This document shows positions 46,789 through 59,095 of a stretch of 64,000 nucleotides of DNA, piece by piece. The position numbers and the translations under genes are program-made. The DNA comes from Eledone cirrhosa (Eukaryota), in the NCBI GenBank assembly GCA_964016885.1, contig OZ024756.1:14942001-15006000 (forward strand). Reading direction: 5' to 3'. How positions within the stretch are numbered: position 1 is the first letter of the stretch; every line of letters begins with the position of its first letter. Below the pieces are notes generated by a model. That model saw nothing but the letters and a program-made list of their open reading frames with translations. It was not told where the DNA came from and searched no databases.

Positions 46789-47389
46789 ATATATATATAT
46801 ATATACATATACACACACATATATATATATATACACACACCTATACATATACACATACATATATATACATATATATATATACACACATCCATACACGCAG
46901 CATGAGAAACAGTTTGTGCTATAGATTGCTTTGGTTAATTCCTAAGACATATTATAGGTTAATTGCAACTCCAACCTTGGAAACATTATTGAGTAACATA
47001 TTTTAAGGTTAAAGATTTTTTCCAAGGTTGGGAGCTATTAATACATGGTAATCAAAGATGGATTAACATTTCTAATTTGTATATTGCTTTTAATTATTCA
47101 CAAGAGTTTAGATGGAAGTATAAGACTTTCATTAAGTCAATTTTGTTAGTTTGAATGTAACTTAATTTGATTATTCTTGAGAATCCATATTGTTATTGAA
47201 ATGAGGAAGTATTGTATCAGCTTTATAAGGAACAGATTTATTCAGACATAATTAATTTTCAACCATCGTTTATGCTATATGTAAATTAGCCTGTTAGGAA
47301 TAAATTATATGCAGTTTTGTCTTTCTAACTTGAAGAAATGACTAAATTGATTTCAGGTATTATGTGGATTTATAGTATTTAAAAGTTTT

Positions 47390-48795
47390 GAGGATTTTAT
47401 GATTACATTAATTAATTAATTCCTGCTTTATATTTAGTAACTTATCTTTGGATTTCATTATTTGGAACAGTTCCTTAAAGTGTGGTGGATTGGCAGTATC
47501 GGTAGAGGGTTGAATGCCATGCGTTGACGCATAGAGTTACGGCCCTTGCCATTCTGAGTTCAAATCCCGCCGAGGTTAACTTTGCCTTTCATCCTTAAGG
47601 GGTCGTTAAAATAAAGTACCAGTAATACACTGGGTAATTGCTGGCCTTGTGCCAAAAGTAGAAACAATTATTTGGAATAGTTCCTTAAAACATAATGGAC
47701 ACTCCCTTCTTTCACCTTAATACAAGTTAGTTCTCTTTAGGACACTCCATTTTAGTTTGTATGCTATATTTTTCATTTTAAAATTGTTAATAGTTCCAAC
47801 TAATGAGGTGGTGCCAGCTAATTTAGTATTTTTAAAAGAATGTGTATGGGAAAAGAGCCTTTTCTTAAACAAGTTAGAGGTAGCACCTATGTAGGATTGC
47901 GTATTGTCCCTAGTAATTACTTTACATTTACATACTATACTGCTAATCAAGCAATTGCCATTAAGAGGACAGTTGGTTTTAATCCTAAAGTTACATCCAT
48001 TTGTTTGGGATTTGTTGCGTAATTTACTATTATTGTTTATGTTATTAGTATTATTATTGTTATTATTATTGCAGCAAAGAGTTACGGCCCTTTACGGTTT
48101 GAGTTCAAATCCCGCCGAAGTTAACTTTGCCTTTCATCCTTACGGGGTCGATAAAATAAAGTACCAGTAATACACTGGGATAATTGCTGGCCTTGTGCCA
48201 AAAGTAGAAACAATTATTGTTACTACCATTAATGGAATCGCTGGTTATATTGGTGCTCACTTCGTTGGTAGTGTGATTACCTAAGGATGGTAATGTGGGT
48301 ATAGAATTGTTAGGTACTAGGTTTGTTTGTGTTAGATTAGTCGGTGCTGCGCTAGTTGCGGGTTCATTTTCTATGATGTGACCAGTTGAGGAGATTACCA
48401 GATCTTGAAGATTGCTGGATAAATCATTAACTTGACCCAGGGTAGTGGGTACTATGCAGGTTGTGGGTGTGTAGTTTGTTTTATTGGATGTATTTTGGTT
48501 TACATTGTGAGTAATTTTAGGTGTAAGACTAGTTCTGTATATAGGGGGGGGGGCTTATGGGTGTGTCCTCAGCTAACTTGTATTTATAGAGATTCATAGC
48601 ACTTATTTTCTGTAGATTAGCAGATGTAGAATAGGAAAGTTTAACAGTAAAGCAGTTAAGGTTTTGGTGATATTTATGGTTAGGTGGGAAGTGTTTTTCT
48701 AGGATTGCCAACAAATTTCTAGGTATTTGTCCCTTGGTCTGTATGTTGTATGGTGGATTATACCATGTAATTTTTCTTTTATGGCGTCTATTTCT
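47390..48795 (-). mobile_element. Another decayed Naiad-like PLE fragment, interrupted by two SINEs
   Basis: RKITWYNPPY and KHFPPNHKY...KLSYS (48540-48790). CPLNGNCL...YIGAT..FKKR..H..SF...CPLC (47690-48000). Confidence 0.75.
47480..47670 (+). mobile_element. SINE with target-site duplication, inserted in a PLE fragment
   Basis: atttggaa(c/t)agttccttaaa on both sides (47460-47478 and 47670-47688). Confidence 0.9.
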
Positions 48796-49561
48796 AGTTT
48801 TATCTCTATTTCCATGGTTAATCCCAATTTGTTGAGTGGTGTTAGTTAGAGGAGTTGGAGGAACTACTATACCTACTACTACTGTTTATATGTTGTAGAG
48901 CAGGATTGGTCTTGGTATTATTCTGCAATTTTGGAGTATTATATTGCTTAGCCATGCATAAACACTGAATTACTCCCCATCAGATTACATTGAGTTCTAT
49001 ATACGGTACGGACCCTACCACCAAGGATAGAGCACATTGAAAAAAAGAAATATATATAGATATATATATATATAATAAAAAAGGATGATTTGTTACGTTT
49101 TCATTACGTTTATTGGGTAGCGACGTGCGTTTCGCTACTGATCAGCTCAAGGTTTGAAATATTGATCTCAAATAAGGCTCAGAATTGATCACATTAGGGT
49201 ACCTTAAAATAAAGGAACACTATACTGCTAGAGGCAAACTTCTTGTTAAACAATCTAAGTACATAGGGTTTCACCAATTGTTCTCCTCTAACTGAAACGC
49301 ATATGGAGTTCCTTTATTTTAAAGTACTCTAATATGATCCTCCCTCTAGTCAATTCTGAGCTTTAATTTAGATAGTTCAGCGTGTGTCTGTATGTTTATG
49401 TTTAGGTGTAACAGGGCTCCGTTAGCCACGATGGGGCCCCATCTTCCTACCAAAAATTTGTTTACAGTGCGTTAGCTCTTTCAGGGCCAAGTAAGGGGCC
49501 TCGCGCGCGCGCGCGTGTGTGTGTGTGAATTTATTTGTCACAGCCTCTCTTTCTATTCAAG

Positions 49562-49704
49562 GATATCAGTTAACAGTGGTTACTACACATCGCATCTGTA
49601 TATCAAAGATGCCAGGGAAGCAGACGTTGGAAAGTTCACCTGTCGTGCCATTGGTCGTCATCAGAAGATACTGAAGGAAAAGGACTTTATTCTGAACATC
49701 TACA
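49562..49704 (+). CDS. Exon 3, C-terminal half of Ig domain 1
   Basis: Acceptor ttctattcaag, donor A|gtgagt. Encodes ISVNSGYYTSHLYIKDAREADVGKFTCRAIGRHQKILKEKDFILNIY, with LxI...DxGxF/YxC. Phase 2 to 1. Confidence 0.93.
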
Positions 49705-49745
49705 GTGAGTACAAATACTTTTCTTCTTCTTCGCCCACTTATTCC

Positions 49746-49985
49746 TGAAAGGGGCGTGGGGGAAGAGTCCTCAAACACTCTCTCCAGCGGGTCCTGTCAG
49801 AAGCAACCGTCTCCAACTGATTCGGCTGGATCACCAAGCGTGACCAGCCAAGCTCATGGATGTTATCCAACCATCTTGCTGGAGATCTACCCCTGGGTCT
49901 CTTACCTGTTGAATTTTCCCATAAAATCTGTCCAGTGATTCTTTCCCGAGACATTCTAACCACATGCCGATAGAATCGGAGAAGT
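49746..49985 (-). mobile_element. 3' fragment of another RTE LINE
   Basis: LLRFYRHVVRM...GKRPRGRSPARWLDNI...DRTRWR. Confidence 0.75.
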
Positions 49986-50543
49986 AGGTCATAAAATAGT
50001 GAGCTTAAATTTAACACCACCATCTTGTCCTGGTGGTGTGGCTTCAGTAGAGTTGGTGTCAATTCTATGTCAAGAATTTGGTCTAGGTCTCCGATTTCAG
50101 GACATCACACGCCCTTGAAAAAATAGAGTCGTTATGAGACACGGCCCTTTTCTTTGACTAAAACTAAAAATTACCTTGTATTTGAATTTAGGGAGATTTT
50201 TTGTAAAGAAATAATAAAGAAGGCAGGAAAAGTTTGTAGCTACAAGATACGTCGCTGTTCTTGGTTTGACCTTTGAAAAGGAGGTCTCCACCTTGAAATA
50301 TCATGAAAGATTTAGGGTAAAAACATTGTTTTATTTTGTTATTTCCCCTACTCTAGTTTCGTCTTTATATTTCTATCTACATTGTAGCAGCTTTCCTAAC
50401 ATCCTCTTTATTATATGAATGTATGGACCCGTAACCCCTGAGGGAGTCGTAGACAGTTCTTGGGCATTTTTAAACCTGGTGGAGCCAATCTGCTTTCTAG
50501 GCCTTCATATAATATAAATAAACCTCACAAATAAAAGTTGTTA

Positions 50544-50597
<54 letters not shown>

Positions 50598-51947
50598 AGA
50601 GGGGGAGGGGAGAGAGACAGAGAGGGGGAGACAGAGAAGGAGGATTAGACCCTTGGAATGGGGGAGGACAAAATGATTAGAATATTGAAATATTTATATA
50701 CATCTCACAGTGCCTCAGATAAACAGTAAATTTGTTCTTTTTTATTCAATTTTTATATTTCACAGCGAGGCTTATTTAAACTTTTTTTACTCTTTTCCTT
50801 GTTCCAGCCGACTGGCTGAGGCCATGTTGGAGCACCACCATTATATTGGGATTATTAATTTATTTATTTAGTTATACCCAAGCCTTTGACTAAGTGGACA
50901 AACTGTGGTATTAACTACAGGATCAGCTCACCACTGGCATTACTCCCTCCCTCCCTCAACTTCACACCCTCACACTCTCTCTCACTCTCCCGGTGTAATT
51001 CGCAGTAAATAAAATATGTACACTCTCCCACCCCCTGTAACTCAACGAAGCTGTAAACCAGCGGAGGAGCCTTTACACACTGGCTCGATCTGCTAGAAGC
51101 AGCAGCCAAAATAACCCCCAATCATAAGACAACGGGGTTGGGGGTCATTTGAGATATATTTAACTCTTTTTTCTAGCAGATTGGGCAACTATGTAGAAAC
51201 CACTTCGTTAACTCGTCAGAATGTTAAGTTCCAAAAATCCTTATCGATTCCAAGAGCTAACTAATCGTTAAATCAATGAGAAACAAGCTCCTATTACCCC
51301 CACCCCTCCACATGGCCAAAGTATTGACCACATGACGACCATACGTTCGCCAAGTTTAATTACTAAACTTTCTTGGTCCAATTTAATATCCACTTCATTT
51401 TTTATATCATTTAGCGGAAATTCAATATCAGCAATTGATCTCTCTAACTGGTAATCTATTGATTGACTTATCAGTTCTGTTAGGATTCTTAATCTCAATA
51501 GTATCGATCAGCTCTCCAAATGGAATTGGCTAGTAGCTCTACCTATTGCCAGTTCACTGGAAAAAAAATTAGCCCTCATCCAAACTCCATCTACCCCCAA
51601 ATTCCGTCTTTATCCAAACTCAGACTTCACCTAAGCGCCGCTTTAATCTAAACTCCACCCTCACCCAAGCTCTACCCTCATTTAAATTACACTACCGCCT
51701 TCATCCAAACACCTCCCCACAATCTCTACCTACCCCCCAAACTGCGACTTCACCAAGACTTTGCCCCCCCACCCCCACCCCCCAAAAAATAAAGAAAAAA
51801 ATTCACTGTCTCTCCAGTTTCAGCCTTTTAATCAAACTCCACCCTCGTCTAAATACCGCCCTTATCGAAACTCCTCATTACCATTTCAGCTACTATCAAT
51901 ACCTACGACCTTATCAATGTTTCAACGTATGATTGATTTTATTTCAG

Positions 51948-52082
51948 GATCAATAACATATGTTGATTGTCCAGCGTATCAACAACTGCAAGAATACCGC
52001 TCAGGACTGATAAAATGTATCGCTGATTCAACACCGGCCCTGGTCATATCTTGGAAACTCAGAGGACGTTATATATACAATG
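51948..52082 (+). CDS. Exon 4, N-terminal half of Ig domain 2
   Basis: Acceptor ttttatttcag, donor G|gtaaga. Encodes SITYVDCPAYQQLQEYRSGLIKCIADSTPALVISWKLRGRYIYN, resembling NCAM/FasII Ig2 (I-x-C...P...ISW). Phase 1 to 1. Confidence 0.92.
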
Positions 52083-52093
52083 GTAAGAGGAAG

Positions 52094-52136
<43 letters not shown>

Positions 52137-52229
52137 GAAGTAATTCCGTCGGAAAAGTCCAGGAAAAAAGAGTGCTCTATGTAGGTAACAGAGCTTAATA
52201 GTTATGTAATAAACAACATAAGGCAATTA

Positions 52230-52288
52230 TTCCATTTACCAGTGGTTTCTTAAAAGCAAAAGATTTTGCCTTCAATCCTCAGAATGAA
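52230..52288 (-). ncRNA. Hammerhead motif, left arm of a 220-bp palindrome
   Basis: Reverse complement: ttcatt-CTGAGGA-ttgaaggcaaaatcttttgcttttaa-GAAA-ccactgg-TA-aatgga. Confidence 0.8.
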
Positions 52289-52334
52289 AAAATCCTGGTC
52301 TGTTTATTGAATTCAATAAACAGACCAGGATTTT

Positions 52335-52393
52335 TTCATTCTGAGGATTGAAAGCAACATTTTTTGCTTTTAAGAAACCACTGGTAAATGGAA
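52335..52393 (+). ncRNA. Hammerhead motif, right arm of a 220-bp palindrome
   Basis: ttcatt-CTGAGGA-ttgaaagcaa/catttt/ttgcttttaa-GAAA-ccactgg-TA-aatgga. Confidence 0.82.
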
Positions 52394-52417
52394 TAATTGC
52401 CTTATGTTCTTTATTAC

Positions 52418-52483
<66 letters not shown>

Positions 52484-52680
52484 ATAATAATAAAATTGAA
52501 GACTAAAATCCAAAGAGGGCTCGATAAGGAAAATATATATCAAATATATAAGACCCGTAGAGCAAATATTTATTAAAATAACAGATTAAAGTTTAAGCAA
52601 AGAATCGCTGCTTAGTTTCAGAAGATCCCGTTAAGGGTGAAAGCAGCGATTCTTTGCTTAAACTTTAATCTGTTATTTTA

Positions 52681-52746
<66 letters not shown>

Positions 52747-52747
<1 letters not shown>

Positions 52748-52976
52748 AATATCTTTAAGTCGTTTGGAAGCCTCGACAATGCAAATGGGTACATCTCCGG
52801 GTAACAAGATCCGGTGGTGTAGAGAGAGATGTAAGTGGGTGTACGTTGAGATGCGTGGCGTGTATGAGATGTGTAGAAGAATAAAGGAAAGAGTATAAAG
52901 GATAAAATAATAATAACAACACGAGAGAGAGTTACCTTGGGAGAGATTTAATAGTCCCTATATATTTCGGATTCAC
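52747..52976 (-). mobile_element. Solo 3'-terminal (pLTR-like) fragment of the Penelope-like element
   Basis: Near-identical to about 32782-33012 and flanked by (TA)n. Confidence 0.8.
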
Positions 52977-52977
52977 A

Positions 52978-53008
<31 letters not shown>

Positions 53009-53214
53009 CTCAACCTGATTAGTTCTATCGTTCCTTTGGTATATATTGTGTGTTAGTTTCGCCTACCACAATGTTCGATTTGTCAAGCTATTTAAACGTA
53101 TGTTATAACTCTGAGACCTATCTTATCGAGTGCTTTGCTAACTCATCACTTCATATAAGTAGGCCGAATTTACTTGCAAACCGCCAGAGATTCGATTTTG
53201 CTGATTTCCAATTG

Positions 53215-53364
53215 GACACACTAGAAGAGGAAGACCAAGGTTAACGTATGTTGATGCCCTAAGGACAGACACTGTTGGAGACGCAGGACATGGCAGCGAT
53301 GATGAGGGACAGAGACCGCTGGAGAGAACTCGTCCATGGATCTCGGGAATTTTACCCGCCTTAG

Positions 53365-53365
<1 letters not shown>
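53215..53365 (+). mobile_element. 3' end of an RTE-group LINE (related fragments at 12737-12808 and probably 39520-39632)
   Basis: RRGRPRLTYVD...[19 protein letters not shown] followed by (TA)n. The same 3' end occurs at 12744-12808. RRLRLAGH at about 39580. Confidence 0.7.
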
Positions 53366-53395
<30 letters not shown>

Positions 53396-53603
53396 AAAGT
53401 TTTATTTAAAATTGTTGGGTTACAACAAGTAAATAAGTAAATATTTTATAACTGATATAAAGCACTCGACAAGTTTTTGGAGTAGATATACGATATTAAA
53501 CAAATGGAAACTATATTTATAAAACCATATTTATTTCATTATACATATTTCAGGGATACCATATTAAAAATATGGCATTATTTATAAAACTGGTTATATA
53601 TTG

Positions 53604-53669
53604 TATTTTATCTGACGAAGGCATGCCATATTTTTAATATGGTATCCCTGAAATATGTATAATGAAATA
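53604..53669 (+). ncRNA. Minimal type-I hammerhead ribozyme motif
   Basis: tattttat-CTGACGA-aggcatgccatatt/ttt/aatatggtatccct-GAAA-tatgta-TA-atgaaata. Confidence 0.82.
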
Positions 53670-53858
53670 AATATGGTTTTATAAATATAGTTTCCATTTG
53701 TTTAATATCGTATATATATATATAAGCAAAAGGGATATTTAATTTGTTGGTAATTCAACAAATATATGTTTATAACTGATTTGAAGCACTCGACAGCTTT
53801 CTGGAGTAAATATACAATGATATTAAATAAATGGAAAATATATTTATAAAACCATATT

Positions 53859-53919
53859 TATTCTATTATATATATTTCGAGGGTACCAAAACTTTGGTAC
53901 GCTCTCATCAGATAAAATA
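53859..53919 (-). ncRNA. Minimal type-I hammerhead ribozyme motif
   Basis: Inverted copy of the 54014-54074 motif, with an intact core. Confidence 0.82.
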
Positions 53920-54013
53920 CAAAGTTTGTTTTATAAATATTGACATATCCAGGAAGAAGGAAGATCTTAACGGTTCAAGTTAAGAAAAACTTGAACCGTT
54001 AAGATCCTCTTTG

Positions 54014-54074
54014 TATTTTATCTGATGAGAGCGTACCAAAGTTTTGGTACCCTTGAAATATATATAATAGAATA
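54014..54074 (+). ncRNA. Minimal type-I hammerhead ribozyme motif
   Basis: tattttat-CTGATGA-gagcgtaccaaagttttggtaccctt-GAAA-tatata-TA-atagaata. Confidence 0.85.
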
Positions 54075-54114
54075 AATATGGTTTTATAAATATAGTTTCC
54101 ATTTATTTAATATC

Positions 54115-54150
<36 letters not shown>

Positions 54151-54153
<3 letters not shown>

Positions 54154-54235
54154 GGTGTCCCCCCCCCCAAAAAAAAATATATACACGTTTATTATAATGT
54201 TGTTGAAGTGTGTGTACATTTTTTGGGACACCCTA
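54151..54235. mobile_element. Tc1/mariner-type MITE
   Basis: TA-flanked terminal inverted repeats CAGGGTGTCCC...GGGACACCCT. Confidence 0.7.
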
Positions 54236-54321
54236 TATATATATTGTATATATACATTTATTATCGCTATGTGGTGAGACTTGTTACTCCGAAGCCTCAT
54301 CTGCGCACCTACAGATTTCTT

Positions 54322-54680
54322 TCACAAGAACGCGTGTAATAGCGCCTTGTTAAGATGTATCATAAGAACGTGTGTAATAGCGCCTTGTTAAGATGTATCA
54401 CAAGAACGTGTGTAATAGCGCCTTGGTAAGATGTATCACAAGAACGTATGTTAGAAGCAATGCCTTGTTTGTTAAGATGTGTGTAAGAAACAATACCTTG
54501 TTAAGATGTATTACAGGAAAGTGTGTAATAGTACCTTGTTAAGATGTATCACAGGAAAGTGTGTAATAGCGCCTTGTTAAGATGTATCACAGGAAAATGT
54601 GTAATAGCACCTTGTTAAGATGTGTCAGAAGAAATGCCCTTGTGTGTCACAAGAATGTGTGTGAAAGCAATGCCTTGTTT
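54322..54680. repeat. 38-bp minisatellite, about 9 degenerate copies
   Basis: Unit caagaacgtgtgtaatagcgccttgttaagatgtatca. Confidence 0.9.
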
Positions 54681-55636
54681 AAGAAGAGCTTTGTTAAGAG
54701 AAAAGAAAGGAGACGTGAAACTTCGTTAATTCAGCATTTTTCTCCATTTTTATATTTATGACTCTTAATCAATTACAACACTTTTGTAGCTGTTTTTCGT
54801 TGTTTTTTTTTCATTCATTATTCGATATTTCATCGTTATTTTGCTTTAGTTATATTTTTAAGGGTAAATTGTAAACTCAGTTCAATTTAGGAATTGATTT
54901 AGCTGCTTGCTTTTTGTTGTTGTTAATATACGTGTTATTATTATTATTATTGTTATTATTATTATTGTTATTATCATCATGATTCTCAAAAGAGATTCCG
55001 TCAGCAGTCGTTAATTATTTTTTGGAGTTTTTATTTTATTTTATTTCACTTTTAGTTTTTGTTTTGAAACTTTCGAAAATTCAATTATTCTAAATCAATG
55101 ACTTTTTGGTTTAAAAATAAAATAAAATATAGTGATACGTGTGTGTATGTGTGTGTGTGTGTGTAATACATATACACACATATAATACATATTTATACAC
55201 ACATAAATATATTATACGTATACATACATATATATTATACGTTAAATAAGGCTGATGATGATGATATATAATATAAATAAAGATTAAATCAAAGCAAATA
55301 TTCATTGATTAGATGAGGGGGAGTGGGGAGGGCGATTTTTGATAAGAAATTTGCTAGGAATCAGCAACAGAGAAGAAATGTCGAATTGTAAATAAAATAT
55401 AAAAGGAACGAAATATAAAAATATGAAAATGGCGGCCGAGAAAGATTGTGAACGAGTTTGATTGGCGAAAAGAGAGGGGATAGAGAGGGGGAGGGGGGAG
55501 AGAACAGTAATTAGGGGCCATCTATACGATGACAAAAACCATACAATTAGGGGACTCAATTAGGGGACAAAATTTCACGTCTCTTTTTTTTCTTTTCTTG
55601 TCACAAAAACATTTCGGTAGTTCATGTGTCAATATT

Positions 55637-55764
<128 letters not shown>

Positions 55765-56191
55765 AATACATACACACACACACACTTATATACTGTATAT
55801 ATATACTAACAATATTAATAAATGGAAAATATCGTTATGATACCATATTTATTTCATTATACATATTTCAAGGAGATAATATTTTAGTGTGCTTTCATTA
55901 GATAAAATATAATTGTTTCTACTTTGGGCACAAGGTCAGCAATTACCCAGATAAAATATAATATTTGGTGTTAACATATTGACATACCTTAGCGTAGACT
56001 TAATAGTATAAGCCCGCTATCGGCAGTGAGGTAAAAATTCAAAATCACAAGGGTTATAAGTTGCCAAGGATACATTAAAACAGTAAAGGACTGTTATTAT
56101 AGACGCTTGATAAATTTTGAAAAATTGCGAATTTATATTGGTCGTTTGGTGGTCGTTAAAGGGTGAAATATTAGTGTAGAATTATGCATAT

Positions 56192-56232
<41 letters not shown>

Positions 56233-56907
56233 GAATCTACCAAAATATACGGTAGCGTCCAATCCAATCATTTCTGAAGACAGCATATATATGTGAAGGT
56301 ATGTATATTTCCTCTGATAGTTTGTAATATTTTTACATAGATCTATATGATATACATACCAACACACATATATATCCTAGAAACGATCGTAAAATGATGA
56401 ATTTTTTAATATAAGGAACTTGTTCTTTGTTTTTATTCATTGTTTTTATTAATATATATATATATATATATAGCTATATACATGAGCGTAAGAGAGTCAT
56501 GTAAATATAGATATAGATATTTTAACATATTTTAAGAATGTGAATCTAATTATATTGGTTATATAAAAAATGTATTGTAGTGTAGTAAATTATAAGCTAC
56601 TAGCGTATATGGTTAATTATAATACTAATACCTAATTTTTGCTGGACCGACAATCGCTCTGTTTAATCAGCTCCTGATTATTACTGGAATTCTATAAGAA
56701 CCCAGCCTCTATAATTCTCGGTAAAGGCAACTGAGTGTGTGGTCTTGATAAACGCTCACAAGCGAGAAACAGACTGTTGGCCGCTCTCTGTTGTTTTTGC
56801 CGAGAATAAGTAAGTGACATAGTCACTACTTTAAAACTCATAGCGAATGGTCTTCTAAATGTGTTTAATTAAACATACGGTATATTGCCAAATATACTAT
56901 ACATACA

Positions 56908-56953
<46 letters not shown>

Positions 56954-57078
56954 TGTATGATATGATTCCAGTTCCTCAGAGAAATAACAACACTACCAGG
57001 AGTTGGACATGTCGATGGATTGACGGAGTAAAACACACTTCAACAACATGTGTAGCTGTCTTTCCCACACCAATTCGG

Positions 57079-57133
57079 ACTGCCTGAAGAGGTCACAGCC
57101 AATGATGGATGTCACCGAAATATATATAGCAGT
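57079..57133 (+). ncRNA. Minimal type-I hammerhead ribozyme motif (same family as 5754)
   Basis: actgc-CTGAAGA-ggtcacagccaatgatggatgtcacc-GAAA-tatata-TA-gcagt. Confidence 0.82.
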
Positions 57134-57379
57134 ATATCTATAATTTGTAATAAACGAAGCCAAATTTTACATATTTGACTTAATTATTTATATATATATA
57201 TATGTATATAATTAAGTCAAATATGTAAAATTTGGCTTCGTTTATTACAAATTATAGATATAAGGGAACGAATTATAGATATAAGGGAACGGATGAAGAA
57301 CCCAAGAGCACACACTTCGTCCGTTCCCATGTCGATTCAATTTGGATTGCCTCGGAAACATAACCTTATTATGTAACAA

Positions 57380-57453
57380 GCTGTCTGACGATGTCGCGGC
57401 ACTGGCGCAGGCAACAGTGTGGCCACTGTCACCATTGAAATATATATCACAGC
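57380..57453 (+). ncRNA. Type-I hammerhead motif with a long, irregular stem II
   Basis: gctgt-CTGACGA-(45 nt including the acagtg/cactgt hairpin)-GAAA-tatata-TC-acagc. Stem I is perfect but the base of stem II pairs poorly. Confidence 0.65.
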
Positions 57454-57472
57454 ATTATTATTAAAGGACTTG

Positions 57473-57670
57473 TATGGTGGTGTAGGGCGGTGTATTGGCA
57501 GTATCGGTAGAGGGTCGGACGCCATGCTTTCCAGCATAGTTACGTCCCTTTACGATCTGAGTTCAAATCCCGCCGAGGTTGACTTTGCCTTTCATCCTTA
57601 CGGGGTCGATAAAATAAAGTACCAGTAATGCACTGGGTAATTGCTGGCCTTGTGCCTAAAGTAGAAACAA
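57473..57670 (+). mobile_element. SINE with a 19-bp target-site duplication
   Basis: attattattaaaggacttg at 57454-57472 and 57670-57688. Confidence 0.9.
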
Positions 57671-58234
57671 TTATTATTAAAGGACTTGAACATCTGAAAC
57701 TACTTCGCTTTTCCTTATTCGATATTTACTCCGTCACTCCTTTGTGGAATAAGTACGTTGAGTGCTTGAATTGAATTGCATCAATGTTTACCTTAAGTAT
57801 ATATATATAAAGTTAAAACAATGAAATAAAAAATCAAGTCATAAGAGATATACTTCACTGCTTTGCGATCGTTTCTAGATGGTGATAATACATTGTATCT
57901 ATACTCAGTTATTGATCTATGTAAGTTTACAAACTATCAGATAGAGAGAATATTTACTTACATGCATATCACCAGCTGTTTTCAAAAGCAACATTAGTGC
58001 TATGTATCGATATAACCTCATATGAATATAACACCAGATGTATATACCACTGTTATGTGTATTTATGCATATATACACATATGTATGATATTTATACCAC
58101 TTACAGATATATATTATATACGTATATACATATGCATACATGTATATACAGGAATATATCACTGAATAACAGTTAATAGTTTGAATAACAGTTAATAGTT
58201 TGCTGTGGAAAGTGTGATATCCATAACCCCACCC

Positions 58235-58267
<33 letters not shown>

Positions 58268-58269
<2 letters not shown>

Positions 58270-58666
58270 CGAAGGAAATGTGGTAAGGAACCAGGTGGAC
58301 CATAACGCACCAAAGTACTCAATACTTGAGGTAGTAGAGTGGGTAATAGGAACCAGTAAGACCCCGACAGCTGAGCTCAAGCCGTTTCGACGGCTAATTC
58401 TGGACTCAGAATTAGCCGTCGAAACGGCTTGAGCTCAGCTGTCGGGGTCTTACTGGTTCCTATATATATATATATAACGAAGGAAATGTGGTAAGGAACC
58501 AGGTGGACCATAACGCACCAAAGTACTCAATACTTGAGGTAGTAGAGTGGGTAATAGGAACCAGTAAGACCCCGACAGCTGAGCTCAAGCCGTTTCGACG
58601 GCTAATTCTGGACTCAGAATTAGCCGTCGAAACGGCTTGAGCTCAGCTGTCGGGGTCTTACTGGTT

Positions 58667-58668
<2 letters not shown>
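58268..58668. mobile_element. Two tandem identical family A fold-back elements
   Basis: Direct repeat with a 208 bp period, separated by a short (TA)n. Confidence 0.85.
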
Positions 58669-58721
<53 letters not shown>

Positions 58722-58939
58722 ATAACAAAATGTCATATGAAGGTGGCTTCTAAAGAACTACAACTGTTTCATTCGAAAGCTTTTCCTGATGGTTTCCCTT
58801 GAATAAAACAAATCTAGTCAGGTAGAAGCCATTTCTATATTAAATGTTGCTGTATATACTCTACTAATGAATTGAGTATCTTACTTACTGTGGTTACCCC
58901 TGATTAAGTCCGGTACTCATATATACATATATATACATA

Positions 58940-59044
58940 CAGGGTTTCCCCAAAAAATGTATACACACTTTGATTACCTGTACAGGCGATATTTATTAGG
59001 ATGCTATTGGAGTGTCTATACATTTTAGGGGGGGGGGCACCCTG
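58940..59044. mobile_element. Tc1/mariner-type MITE (same family)
   Basis: ta-CAGGGTTTCCCCAAAAAATGTATACAC...GTCTATACATTTT...CACCCTG-ta. Confidence 0.7.
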
Positions 59045-59095
59045 TATGTATGTATGTATGTATGTATGTATGTATATATATATATATATATTTAT

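Noticed and set aside
54322-54680. CRISPR-like array
   Set aside because: Contiguous 38-bp tandem units with no unique spacers, in a eukaryotic context without cas genes.
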